Shown here in pieces: positions 24,745 through 37,904 of a stretch of DNA of 64,000 nt. A program made the translations under genes and the position numbers. Numbering within the stretch: position 1 is the first letter of the stretch; the number at the start of each line of letters is the position of its first letter. Under the pieces are notes generated by a model that saw nothing but the letters and a program-made list of their open reading frames with translations, was not told the origin of the DNA and searched no databases. The DNA is taken from positions 108,125,963 to 108,189,962 of the forward strand of contig NC_068981.1 in assembly GCF_001194135.2 (NCBI RefSeq), given 5' to 3'. The stretch comes from Octopus bimaculoides. Its lineage: Eukaryota.

Positions 24745-25011
24745 NNNNNNNNNNNNNNNNNNNNNNNNNNNNNNNNNNNNNNNNNNNNNNNNNNNNNNNN
24801 NNNNNNNNNNNNNNNNNNNNNNNNNNNNNNNNNNNNNNNNNNNNNNNNNNNNNNNNNNNNNNNNNNNNNNNNNNNNNNNNNNNNNNNNNNNNNNNNCTCT
24901 CTCTCTCTGTCTCTCTCTGTCTCTCTCTGTGTCTCTCTGTCTCTCTCTGTGTCTCTCTGTCTCTCTCTGTGTCTCTGTGTCTCTCTCTGTGTCTCTCTGT
25001 TTCTCTCTGTG

Positions 25012-25045
<34 letters not shown>

Positions 25046-25554
25046 AAAGGAAGAACATATCAAGTTAATTCAGTCTTCAATGCACAATAGGGAAATGGTC
25101 ACAGGCGGAAGGTTTTCATTTGGAATTCATTCAATCACAACTGATCCAAGGCCACAACAACTGCCACAAATGTTTCCAGTAAGGAATTTTCCACTTCAGT
25201 AATTATCAATCTCTCCCTTGTTATTGAGCCTCTTAACTTAATGCATTTCACTATTGGACACAGTGATTCCTATACAAAAATTCACATTAAATAATCTCCA
25301 CATACAAAATTTTATTTGTGCTAATGAACTATCTTTAAGATAATGTGTTAACACTAATAAGGATATTATAAATAAATTATTCTCACAACACAATTCGTCC
25401 TTTTCTCATTTCCTAATGGAGTTATGAGGGTTACCATTGTGACATACTTGGGCATTTTAAAACTTGCTGGAGTCTATCATCCCTCTTGCCATTTTATGAA
25501 CAAAACCAATTTCTTCCAGGACGAAAGTGAAAAATAACGAGAGAAGAGAAATGG

Positions 25555-25695
25555 ACTCAAAAGTGGTACTTTAGTTATTGAACCTGAAAGAATAAAAGAA
25601 AAAGTTGACCTTAACAGGATTTGAACTTAAAACAGAGAACTGGAAGGAATACTGCAAGGCATTATTGACACTTTAATGACTGCCAACTTACCACT
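25555..25695 (-). mobile_element. Decayed MetaSINE-like SINE
   Basis: ggtactttagttattgaacctgaaagaataaaag..gttgacctt..ggatttgaact. Confidence 0.6.
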
Positions 25696-26371
25696 TATAA
25701 TAAATCAAAATATCTTGATGTATATGATGGCAGAGAGTACAATAAAAATTGGTGGTTGTGTGAGTACATATATTTACACACACACACATACTGTATACAT
25801 ACATGCATATTTATATTTTTAGTGTGTACATGTGTGTTTATTAATCTCTCTCTCCCTCTCTCTCGTTCTCTCCATAAACACATACACACGCACACACACA
25901 CACAACACACAGATAGATAGATATACATACACATATACATATATATCTCAGTACACATATGTAAATTCACCTACTTTTTATTTATTTGTTTTATATTGCG
26001 CTGTATGCATAATAATATCTATGAGACAGCAACCCAATTATGTGAATACTTTAAATGTTAAGTACAATAAATATGTTCCATTATCCTTTTATTGTTTATA
26101 GTTTCTTTCTTCTTTGACCTTTATGTTTGTTTGATTTTGATGTTGGGCCAAAAAGCTTTTATTTTCTCTGTTTAAAAGGAAATCTCATTGTTGAACAATA
26201 ATGATAATTATTTTATCAATAATATTAGTACCATAAATATAACAGCAATTGTTATACCCAGAACATAAAGAGTGAATTTAGTATATTCATTATTGCTTGA
26301 CCTGCTGGAAATAGCTACCAAATGCACTCTGAATTACATCATACCATTCTTACAAAAGCGTAAAAGTGTCA

Positions 26372-26708
26372 TCTATATATATAAAAATGAGAATGTGTGT
26401 CTGTCTGTCTGTCTGTCTGTCTGTGTGAATTCCTAAAACTCGAGAACTACGCAACCAATTTCATTCAAATTTTACACTGTGTTTTAGTCAAAAAAACTTA
26501 TTAACTTCTTGCAGAGTTCGAGCACACGGCAACATAATATCTCCTCCACTATTTAAGTATTACGTGTCAAAAGTGAAACAAAAAACTCATGTCAAATACT
26601 TTCACTTTAAAAATGAAACTATTCCACTAACTGAAACAATCACATTTCGATACTGTAGTGACAGATACTTTCACAGAGAGAGAAAGAGAGAAAGAGAGAG
26701 ACAGAAAG

Positions 26709-26739
<31 letters not shown>

Positions 26740-27674
26740 TGTATATGTATNNNNNNNNNNNNNNNNNNNNNNNNNNNNNNNNNNNNNNNNNNNNNNNNNN
26801 NNNNNNNNNNNNNNNNNNNNNNNNNNNNNNNNNNNNNNNNNNNNNNNNNNNNNNNNNNNNNNNNNNNNNNNNNNNNNNNNNNNNNNNNNNNNNNNNNNNN
26901 NNNNNNNNNNNNNNNNNNNNNNNNNNNNNNNNNNNNNNNNNNNNNNNNNNNNNNNNNNNNNNNNNNNNNNNNNNNNNNNNNNNNNNNNNNNNNNNNNNNN
27001 NNNNNNNNNNNNNNNNNNNNNNNNNNNNNNNNNNNNNNNNNNNNNNNNNNNNNNNNNNNNNNNNNNNNNNNNNNNNNNNNNNNNNNNNNNNNNNNNNNNN
27101 NNNNNNNNNNNNNNNNNNNNNNNNNNNNNNNNNNNNNNNNNNNNNNNNNNNNNNNNNNNNNNNNNNNNNNNNNNNNNNNNNNNNNNNNNNNNNNNNNNNN
27201 NNNNNNNNNNNNNNNNNNNNNNNNNNNNNNNNNNNNNNNNNNNNNNNNNNNNNNNNNNNNNNNNNNNNNNNNNNNNNNNNNNNNNNNNNNNNNNNNNNNN
27301 NNNNNNNNNNNNNNNNNNNNNNNNNNNNNNNNNNNNNNNNNNNNNNNNNNNNNNNNNNNNNNNNNNNNNNNNNNNNNNNNNNNNNNNNNNNNNNNNNNNN
27401 NNNNNNNNNNNNNNNNNNNNNNNNNNNNNNNNNNNNNNNNNNNNNNNNNNNNNNNNNNNNNNNNNNNNNNNNNNNNNNNNNNNNNNNNNNNNNNNNNNCA
27501 TAAACAAATATCAGGGTCAAACACTGTCTGTAGCTGGTCTTCTCTTGGAAGAGCCCTGCTTCTCACATGGACAACTGTATGTTGGCTGTTCAAGAGTGGG
27601 CAGCAACAAAAAACCTATTTGTATATGCTCCACAAGGGAAAACAAGGAACATAGTTTACAATGAGGTGTTATAA
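26372..27674 (+). mobile_element. Helitron: 5' terminus and Pif1-type helicase C-terminus separated by a gap
   Basis: 5' end A|TCTATATATATAAAAATGAG followed by (tctg)n. After the gap the frame reads INKYQGQTLSVAGLLLEEPCFSHGQLYVGCSRVG, then a frameshift, then LFVYAPQGKTRNIVYNEVL*, typical of RepHel C-termini. Confidence 0.88.
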
Positions 27675-27999
27675 TCACAACAGCAAGAAAGTATGTACAT
27701 GATCACCTTCTTTTACGAAACTTCATTGATTTTCATATATTTATATTGATATACATATATATACGTGTGTTTGGGTGCATGTGTGTATATACATCTCTAT
27801 ATATAAAGATGATGCGTAGTCTAGACTGCTAGTATTAGATAAAGGGATCTTAGATATACTGTATTTCAAAAAACAAAAACAGATGGGATGATCTGTTTGA
27901 AATAACTATTGATCATTACTCTGCTTAATCAGAGATTTCCTGAAAGTAAGCAACCAACTTGAAACCTAATTTCTTTTTGCTTTGGGCACAAGGCTTGAA

Positions 28000-28150
28000 A
28001 TTTAGGGAGATAGGCCTAGTCAAATACATTGACCCCAATGCTTAGGTGGTTCTTATTTTGTCAACCTCCAAAAGAATAAAAGGATAAGTCAACCTTGGCA
28101 GAATTTGAACTCTGAAGGTAAAGCTAGAACAAATGTGTTGAGGCATTTTG
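28000..28150 (-). mobile_element. MetaSINE-like tRNA-derived SINE
   Basis: cttattttgtcaacctccaaaagaataaaaggataagtcaaccttggcagaatttgaactc is the reverse complement of a B box plus a central domain that I recall as Meta-like. Confidence 0.65.
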
Positions 28151-28849
28151 TAAACTTGAACATAATTAACACTAAAACTGACAAGAGTCCACTGCATATA
28201 GATGGAGATATAATATATAATGTTGAGAAGATTCACAAGTCTTGCTGGGGATGAGACAACCTCTTTGGTGCGGTTACCTTGATAAAATGTATTCTGTACT
28301 TATTGTAAAAGGAAGAGCATCCGGTCATAGAAAACATGCCATAAAAGGAATGTACAGGTGATGCATGGTCTCCAACCCATCAGTAACACTTGGTAAAAAC
28401 TAATTTAGACCATAATGACCTTCCAAAACTTTACCAACATGAAATACAGTCATCAATGATGAAGATTATCATCAACATGGTACTTATTTTATCTGACCTT
28501 AGACTAATGAAAACAAAACCAGCTGTGGCAAAGTTTGAAGTCAGTAAATAAAAGAATGGAACTGAATACTGAAAGACATTCAGTTTGGTATTTTACAGCT
28601 TATTCCAATACTTTATATATTTTTTATAATTTAAATTATATAACATCTTTCTATCCCTATAAGGTTTATAATCTTCTTGTTGCTGCTTATCTGCAGGGCA
28701 CCCTAATCAAACAGACCTATTATCAAAGGCAGCCAGTTGTGACAATCTGGTCTTTTTTTCCATACACAGATATCCAAAGTTTTAAAGTAGAAGGTTATTT
28801 GAAGGAAATTTATCTGGTATTTCACACAGAGAACCAAAGGCTTATTTTT

Positions 28850-30100
28850 CCTCAGTGACTCTGGTCAATAATGTTCCACAGGAAGATTTTTATCTCCAAT
28901 AACGGATACAGTAGCATCAATTGCCAAAAAAGAGAAGGGATGTGAACTAGAGAGGGTCTAATACAAAGATCTCAAACGTCATCAGCCAGTTATTGAAAGT
29001 AACAGACAGCATCTTAGCAAAGTTACTTCGGGATAGATTTAGCAACAAGAAGATGCAATTTTGGTTTTTCTGCCAGGTTATAGAACTGTATATGACATAC
29101 TTCAGTTGATACCATTACTCCCCTTCATATTTGTTGATTTGAAGTCCTTGTTGGAGTTGCATACACTATATGAGCACAATCTAAGTTCTATGCCAACAAC
29201 TGGCTTGAACAAATAATTTACAAAGGTATTATGAGCAACATTAGAATTAGTAGCATCTTCAAGGAGGTAGATGATCACTTCTCTGCTGTCCTAAGCTTCT
29301 TCATACTTACCAAGACAATAATAGAAGATTTCAGAAATGGATAACTTTGAAGAGTCATTAAAAAAAAAAAAGACATGGTTCTCCTAGCAAAGTTAGTCCA
29401 AGAGTTGCAAAAAGTTCTCAACCTAAAATGTTTTAGATCTTGAATCCCTAAATTCAGCATGTTCCTTGAACCAGAATGCTAACTAATAACAAAATAAACA
29501 AAATCCTAGAGCCATCTGAGAAGTGAACTTTCTTGATGAATAAATAAGACCTTCATACTGTGTATTCTGCAAGCAATAGATCAGTATGCGGGAGAACTGA
29601 AATAGTTAAATGAGCTGCTAGATGTAGAATAAGTTTCCTGTTACTAACTGAGCGCTGGAATAGCTGTGGTGAAAGTAAAATATCCAGTGTATGAAAGGCT
29701 GGAATAGCTTATGGAAATGACTATCTCTTTTGGCAACAAAGAGTCTCTCTCTCCAGGTAAAAGACAAATTATATGAAATTTATTGTTGAAGTGTGAGGTA
29801 CTTTAGTATTGAAATGTAGATGTTGAATGTATTGAATCTGCAGAGGTTGTGGAGTAATAAAATGAGTTTGATTCAATGAATATGTCGTTAATTTACATAA
29901 AAAGGAGCTGAGAGAGCAATAAGGCATTAAAGGCATCTGCTAAAGTATGTGAGAAAGACAGCTGTACTACCAAGGATGTGTAATGTCAAGGGAAAATGAA
30001 GGGTGGTTGAAAAAATGTCAGTTGTGAGGAGTTGTAATGAAAGAATGATAAAGATAATATGACATGGTCTAGTGTAAGAGAAACATCTGAGTTCATTTGA
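28850..30100 (+). mobile_element. Highly decayed RTE-type LINE ORF2 relic
   Basis: Residual RT motifs (FLPGYRTVYDI..LPFIFVDLK) with many stops. Confidence 0.4.
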
Positions 30101-31602
30101 AATTCCAATATATTTAACAAAGAACAAGCAGTGCTCACAACAAAAGTTATCTGAAGAGCTATTCATTCACTGGCTACTGTCCAAAATTATTGTTGAGTTT
30201 TATTCCTATTCTAAATTTTACCACCTTAAGAGAATTATTTATGTCAAATCAATGGCAGAGCAATAACAAGCTAAGCTGATTTTGGCATGATTTATAATTC
30301 AGAAACAAAGCCAAACAAGTCAGAATAAAATACTAAGTACTGTATTCTGCCTTTAATTTTTATGTATGTTTATAAGGCAATATATTGATGGGTTTGGGGA
30401 CTGGCTTTGTGGTTCACAATTTGTGCAGTTTTCTTAAGCCTCTGTGTTTAAAACTGCACATTTTAGTTATCGTAACTAAAAATCAGAAATGGAATTTATA
30501 AATAGCAGTGATGAAGAACTGTTATAGTGAAAGGAAATAGAAAGTTCTTCTATATTTGTTCCTGAAACTGCTGAACAATAAAGCAATGTCAAATTTACTG
30601 TGATGTCTACAGGATATGGCAGTAAGTAAGTATTTCTGCAAAGGAAATTATGCCATTAATATAAAACTGCAAGCTAACAAAGCTTCTTTCTCATAAGATA
30701 ATTTAAAACGGTGTCATGTGTTGTAGAGTGGCTAGACATAAAAGTCAAAACTGAAAAGTCAGATAACTAATCAGAAAAGGCTGGATTGGAGAAGACTATT
30801 GATTCTGTACATAGCAAACTTTTATTAAATGTTATTTTCTTAATGTTAGTTACATCTGCAGCAGCATCATTATTTTTTTGCATCACCAGATAGTAAAGTG
30901 CAGTTTGATTTCTGTGAGCTGAAGCTGGATATAGTAATATATGACTATGAAATAAATTGTTCTCTTTTTTTATACTTGTTTATTTTATTTTATTATAAGA
31001 TATTAGAGGCTTAATGATCTCAAATAGGAAAATAGTAAAATTGTTCTAGAAAGACATGAATGATTTTCAAACACTACTTCTTTCATGACAGAAAGAAGCT
31101 GACTTATAGATGGCCAGAATAAATTGTCTACAGCTGTTTTAAAAATATGATGAAGTATTAGAAAAGACTTCAGATTTGAAAAATGATACTTGATTTTATG
31201 TCTACAAGCTATGTCTGTCTAGATCTAAAGTATCACTTCAATTTATTTTACACACATATTGGTTAAGTTTCAACTTAATGAGAAAAGAATTTTTTCCAAT
31301 CTGAATATCTCTGAATTGAAAGCAAGATATATTTAAAAATGAAAGACAATATTTTATTGCATAATATATTCCTAATAAATCTTTCTTCCAAAATTCCTTT
31401 CTGTGTGGATGTGGGTGTGGATAGGGAGAGAGAACAATCAAGCAAAATCTCCAGATATACAAGAAAAATTTCAATACACATCATGTCATATACAACAGAA
31501 TACCATTTGTTCAGTATATCGATTGAGTTTACATTCTCTTTTTAGAGGTAAACATTTGTTTTGAATATCAGTTGTCTAAAATTTACTGATACACTAAATT
31601 TA

Positions 31603-31664
<62 letters not shown>

Positions 31665-31667
<3 letters not shown>

Positions 31668-32950
31668 CACAAGAATGCTATAAATACCTGGAGATAAATG
31701 AAGGAAATGGTATACAACATGCTACTATGAAAGAAAAAATAAGAAAGGAGTATTACAGGAGAGTAAGACTCATATTAAAAACTGAATTCAACTCCAAAAA
31801 TTGCATTAAAAGACTCATATTAAAAACTGAACTCAACTCCAAAATCTATTAACACCCTGGCACTTCCAATAGCCCAATACAGTTTTGACATCATTAACTG
31901 AGACCTTACAGAACGTCAACGCCTGAACAGGAAGACAAGAAATCTATTAACATCTAAGAACATGCACCACCAAAAAGCAGACGTTGATTGTTTATACCTA
32001 TCTAGAAGTAATGGGGGAAGAGGAAAGATGCAGATAGAACTGTGCTATAAGACCTCCACAATAGCAATGAACAAGTACTTATCAAGTACAGAGGAGTGGA
32101 TGCTGCAGCTTGTGTGCAAACACGAAAGCAGCAAAATATCACATTCTATTGTCAAAGAAGCTTGTAAATTCACAAGGGAACTTGGCATTAACCCTGAATT
32201 AGATGAAGAACCTGAAACCACTGCCATGGAAAAGCAAAACGGATCAAACAGACTGCAAAAAAGAATGGGCAGAAACAAATTGAGGAGTGGTGGAACCAGA
32301 AGCCTCTGCATAGACAGTATATACTCTAAAGTCGAAATGCTGATGTAGATCAAGCAACAACCCATCAGTGGCTGAGAATCTCATGACTGAAAGCAGAAAC
32401 TGAAGGTTACTTTTCAAAAACAACCAGGCTAACATTCTTCAAAATGGTTCTGACACTAAATCCAGATTCTGCAATATATTTGATGAAACCATAGATCATC
32501 TCATCTTGGGATGTCCTGTGCTGACACTAACAAATACAAAGATCCCCACAACAGGGTAGGACAGTATTTCCATTAGAAAATATGTAAACACTACAAAATC
32601 TGACACTCCTGCTTACTAGTATGAACATCATCCTGAGCCAGTCATTGAAAATAAAAAAATGTCACTATCTTCTGGGATAGTGGCAACACCGACAGAACAA
32701 TCCAGGCTAATCAACCAGACATAGTCATAAAAGACAGGGAAGAAAATACTTGTAGACTAATAGATGTAATTGTTCCCACTGATAAAAATATATCTGTAAA
32801 GGAATTTGACAAATTAAGTAAATATAAGGACTTGAAAATTGAAATACAAAAGATGTGTCATCTTAAAACGAGAACTACCCCTGTTATTGTGGGTGCCCTA
32901 GGTATGATAAGAAAGTGATGTCAGAAACATCTAGATAAACATTTCTTAAT
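31665..32950 (+). mobile_element. R4/Dong-clade LINE relic (RT C-terminus, CCHC knuckle, restriction-like endonuclease)
   Basis: YKYL..KEKIRKEYYRRVRLILKTE, ADVDCLYLSRSNGGRG, CNIFDETIDHLILGCP, ANQPDIVIKD..LIDV (PD-(D/E) motif) and VIVGALG. An (AAT)n run precedes it. Confidence 0.9.
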
Positions 32951-33347
32951 TGGGGTTCTGCAAAAGGTTCCTAGTGGTACCATGAGAAAGGGTGAGATAA
33001 GCTAATGTTAATTTCATGATTGTAATATTACTATACACGCACAACATATTATTGTTTATTGTAATATTATAATATAGACATCATCCTATCTGACTTATTA
33101 TGTTATCAAAACAATATATCAACCATTGGGGATATATTTAGTGATGTCTGTAATTTNNNNNNNNNNNNNNNNNNNNNNNNNNNNNNNNNNNNNNNNNNNN
33201 NNNNNNNNNNNNNNNNNNNNNNNNNNNNNNNNNNNNNNNNNNNNNNNNNNNNNNNNNNNNNNNNNNNNNNNNNNNNNNNNNNNNNNNNNNNNNNNNNNNN
33301 NNNNNNNNNNNNNNNNNNNNNNNNNNNNNNNNNNNNNNNNNNNNNNA

Positions 33348-34050
33348 GAAGACCCGGCAAGACAAGTGAGACCATAACCTGTGGCCTTTACCAGCCCACT
33401 TATGCGTACCTTACCTTCTTTGGACACAAAACTCTACTTGCGAAGACCTGTTGAGGCAAGTGAAATTGAAATCGAACCAAATTCGACGACTGGCACCCAT
33501 GCCAACCTTCCTTCATTGGACACTAAACTCTGCTTGCGAAGACCTGTTGGGGAAAGTGAAATCGAATTGAACCAAATTCGATGACTGGCACCTGTGCCAG
33601 TGATCTGCTTAGAGCACCATCCGAGCGGGATCACTGCCAGAGCAGCTGTCTGGCTTCCATGCCGGTGGCACGTAAAAAGCACCATTTGAGCGTGATCATT
33701 ACCAGCATTGCCTTACTGGCACTTATGCCGGTGGCATGTAAACAAAACATTTGAGCGAGGTTGTTGCTAGTGTCGCTGGACTGGCTCCTGTGCAGGTGAT
33801 ATATAGAAAACACCATTTGAGCATGGCTGTTGCCAATACCGCCAGACTGGCCCTCGTGCCAGTGGCATGTAAAACCACCCACTACACTCTTGGAGTGGTT
33901 GGCATTAGGAAGGGCATCCAGCTGTAGAAACTCTGCCAGATCAGATTGGAGCCTGGTGCAGCCATCTTGTTCGCCAGTCCTCAGTCAAATCGTCCAACCC
34001 ATGCTAGCATGGAAAACGGACGTTAAACGATGATGATGATCATCATCATC
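33348..34050 (+). mobile_element. RTE-associated 3' UTR with internal tandem subrepeats and a (gat)n tail
   Basis: Homologous to 38410-38700, which directly follows an RTE RT C-terminus. The unit ggacac.aaactct.cttgcgaagacctgttg..gcaagtgaaat..aaccaaattcga.gactggcacc is repeated. Confidence 0.8.
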
Positions 34051-34489
34051 ATATTTACCATGTGAACTATGATGAAAAAATATGAGAAAGATATGGTATA
34101 TAATTATTTTGTGCAGGGGGTTCCTTGAAACATGTAAATTATTTTAAGGGTTTTGCAAGGGTAAAAAGTTGCAGAAACACTGATTTAGATAATATCCCAG
34201 AATAACCATGTCTCAGAGCAATCCAAAAGATTGTGTTGACAAATACTTCCCACATCCCAAGAAAAACACTATCAATTTAAATGTCTTTGTTGTATTACAG
34301 GAAGATATTTCACTACTGCTCCTGCCACTTTCCCTTCCCAAGCTTTCAGTCATACTGTAACATTGCTTATCTGTCACTTGCGCTAGCGATAACCTAAGGT
34401 TACAAGTAGTAACTCACTACCCACATAAATCCTATGAGGAATAAGACCAAACCTGAGTCAAATGAAAATTAATAGTAGTAGTAGTAGCT

Positions 34490-34660
34490 TCAAGTTTTGG
34501 CACAAGGCCAGCAATTTTGAAGGGATTGGACAAGTTAATTACATCAATCCCAATATTTGACTGCTGCTTATTTTATTGACCCTGAAGGATGAAAGGCAAA
34601 ATTGACTTTTGGCAGGATTTGAACTCAGAATGTATAGAACCTGAAGAAAAGCTAAGACAG
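34490..34660 (-). mobile_element. MetaSINE-like tRNA-derived SINE
   Basis: cttattttattgaccctgaaggatgaaaggcaaaattgact..ggatttgaactcagaa. Confidence 0.7.
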
Positions 34661-34664
34661 CCTC

Positions 34665-35900
34665 CAGCCAGGTCTTCACCAAGTTCTGCACCTTGGACTT
34701 CAGTGACCTGTGATTCCTGCTCTCTCAGAACCAAGTGATGTTGCTGAAGAAATCATCTTCTTCATCCTCATTGCTGGTGGTGTTGCTGTCCTCCTCATTG
34801 GTCTCCATTAGGGCTGTCTCTATAACAGTCTCCATGGCATTTGTTACTCTACTAACCCAGCTGTTATTATACTGCTCTGGCCAGAACAGGTGAAACTTGG
34901 GGTGGAAGGCAGCAGCCGGCTGACACTCCAGGTCTTCTAAGAGGAGCCCAAACCTTATCATCATGCCTGCCAGTATCACATCTACCAGAGGACTGCAGTA
35001 CAGGAGATGTTTGAACTTGGCCTCCTCCAACTTCATGATGGTAGCCATTACAGTTGGTAGAAAGCTACTGAGATAGGCCTAGTCCTCCCCCTAGATTTTA
35101 TCCAAGGCCTTGGCAACATTAGACATCACCTGGGTGTACTCCATCAGGAAGCTGACGTCAGAATTAGTGAAGGTCCTCAGCTTCAGATCTTTCATTACCC
35201 TGTGGACAGCTCCCCTATTCTTCTGGAGCAGGTTGTTGAGGATAACAACAAAGTAATAGATAGAGTTCATCTGGTACTGTTGGGGACCACTAGTCTCCTC
35301 TTCAACACATCCAGAATGCTATCTGTCACCACCATGCTGCAGCTCTGCGGATTCCACAGCCACTGTGCCTTGGACATGACTTTCCTTGAACAAAGCACTG
35401 TCAAAAGCTTTATCAGCATCCATGCTGGTTACCAAGTTGAAGATATGGGCTGTGCATTACATGTGCACTGGCAGGTTGAGTCCCAGGCTGCTGAACTCAT
35501 CAAGGACGGCATCAACAGAGATGTACTCAACTTCATCCACATCTCCAGGCTCAAGATCCATGTCCAGGTCCACATCCTCGACACCCTCCATATCCAGATA
35601 AGCAAAAACTTCAGGAATGTTTGTACCATACTGCATAAATTCCTTGATAAAGTTTTTGCCGCTGTCCATCATGGTCCTGGTCACCTTGTCTTGCAAATAG
35701 AACTTGTTATGGTGTCCACTATTGCCTGGGCGAGAACATCAAAGGTGTGATGTCCTCTGAACCGAGAGCAAGCCAGGATGGCGTGTTGTCTCATATGGGT
35801 CTTAGGGGTCCAGTCTGAATGCTGTCATCCCCTGGTAGGACCTGTTGTGAGCCAACCAGCAGTTCACAGTGGTCGTCATCCAGGGACATCCTGGAGCAAT
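34665..35900 (-). pseudogene. hAT-superfamily (ZBED-like) transposase relic, catalytic region
   Basis: Frameshifted peptides TTTVNCWLAHNRSYQGMT, GHHTFDVLAQAIVD, KVTRTMMDSGKNFIKEF, VVPNSTR*, FLMEYTQVMSNVAKALD, YCSPLVDVILAG and AAAFHPKF. These match hAT motifs TTD.W, TTDNGSNFVKAF, TRWNS and HP.F. Confidence 0.85.
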
Positions 35901-36559
35901 CTGTAATTAAAATTGTTAAACTATAAAGAGACATAAGTTGCATAGTTAAAAACTTAAAATTATATATATATAATTTAGAAATTTAGAAATTCTTTTTGCT
36001 ACCAGTGGTCTAGCGAGAAGAAAAAACTAGTCAATAGACTATATATTATTCATATAAATACACACAGTGTACATTTAAACACATAAGAGAGATGTCCATA
36101 ATCAAACATCTAACCCTCTTGAAGGAGCAGTCAAACTCCAAACCACAATTAGGGATAATTTCACAAGGGAATGAAAAATAAAAATATTTACCATCTATTT
36201 CCTGAACCATGGTTTCAAGCTATTTTCAGCAAAATAAAATAATCTGCTAGGTCAGCTATCATCAGCAGGAAAGCCAAGATTAACATATAAACACGAAGCA
36301 ATACATAGAACATGCCTTGTGCTTTATATGTTATAATTTTTCATAACTACCGTGCATGTGCAGTTTTCTTATCGGCAGAAAATACAAAAAATGCCAATTT
36401 TCTTCCAGAAATTAGCCAAAAAGTCATTATATCATTATTAATAAATCTCAGGGTAGCAAAAAAAATTAGAAATTCTTTATGCTACCAGTGGTCTAGCGTA
36501 AAGAAAAAACTAGTCAATAGACGGTATATTATTCATATCAAAAGTTAGTGAAAAGATTA

Positions 36560-36810
36560 GGCAATGATGGCTATAACTGTCTGGTCACTGTATGCACCAC
36601 TATAAACAGGAGGCATCCAAATTAGTCTAGTGGAACCCACTTCTTGGTGATGTTAGAAGAGGAAAACATCATCACACTTACATTGACAACTTGATTGCAG
36701 ACACTGGCCTGGAATGCATCCAGGACCACAAGACAATGATGATGGACTGAGAAGTGTGACAGGCAGACTTTGTTACTGCAGACCAGGTTGGAACCAGGTC
36801 ATAATTATAA
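36560..36810 (+). mobile_element. RTEX-like LINE 3' end
   Basis: GHCMHHYKQEASKLV*WNP..RRGKHHHTYIDNLIADTGLE, followed by an (ATA)n tail. Confidence 0.6.
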
Positions 36811-37904
36811 TAATAATGATCTCCTCTTTATTTTCTTCAGTTCTTCATACTTTTCATTCTATTTGTGTTCTTATTTATTCATTTATCTTATTCTCTATCT
36901 TTTTTTACCATATGGTTTAATCATTTAAATATTATGGGATGGCCAGCCAAACCTTTAGAAAGCAAATCTTTATGATAAACACATTCTTTCTCATTTTATC
37001 CTTAGTTTTTTTATTTTATTGTTTTTACTTCATTTTATTGTATTCTTTTGCTTAATTTACATTTATCTACTGTCATTGTTTGACTAATGCACTCCATATA
37101 AGATAATTCTAGTATTTGTAAAGAGTGAAATTTGCCTAATATATGTCTGTGACTAGGTAATAAAATTATTTGCTACTTATAGCAGAGTCTGGTGTTTTAA
37201 CCTGCAATAAAATGTTCTGAAGTGTAGCCTGTTTTTTATGTTAGAGCACAACTATATTTATGGGTGTGTGTGTGTGTGTGTGTATAGCAATAAGAAAATG
37301 GAGGGGAATAGGTGGTATTCATCAACTTGCAGACATTGTATTGTGTCAATATACTTGTTTATTTGTTTACTAAGAGGCCGATAATTACAATATACAAACA
37401 CACGTGACATATTATGTCATATCAGTAATTAAAAATGACATATAGTGACGGTGGGTATTATATAATAGACCCTCAAAATGAATACCGCTGATAAAATATC
37501 TGTATATATATATATGTATATATATATANNNNNNNNNNNNNNNNNNNNNNNNNNNNNNNNNNNNNNNNNNNNNNNTAATTACAATATACAAACACACGTG
37601 ACATATTATGTCATATCAGTAATTAAAAATGACATATAGTGACGGTGGGTATTATATAATAGACCCTCAAAATGAATACCGCTGATAAAATATCTGTATA
37701 TATATATAGATGGTAAATGTTTTTATTTTTCATTCCCTTTCGAAATTATCCCTAATTGTGGTGTGGAGTTTTGACTGCTCCTTCTAGCAGGTTAGATGTC
37801 CTATGATGGACATCTCTGATGTGTTTAAATGTACACTGTATTTTAAATGAATAATACACCTATACATATATATACATACAAACATATATATATATATAAT
37901 ATAT

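Noticed and set aside
30605-30635. Possible 9-nt microexon ctacAG|GATATGGCA|GTAAGT
   Set aside because: No polypyrimidine tract and no host gene context.
33400-33850. Regularly spaced repeats that superficially resemble a CRISPR array
   Set aside because: The units are long, degenerate subrepeats of an RTE 3' UTR with no unique spacers, in eukaryotic context, and no cas genes are present.
37384-37710. ~140-bp exact direct repeat on either side of a short gap
   Set aside because: Identical sequence flanking an N run is the usual signature of an unmerged contig overlap.
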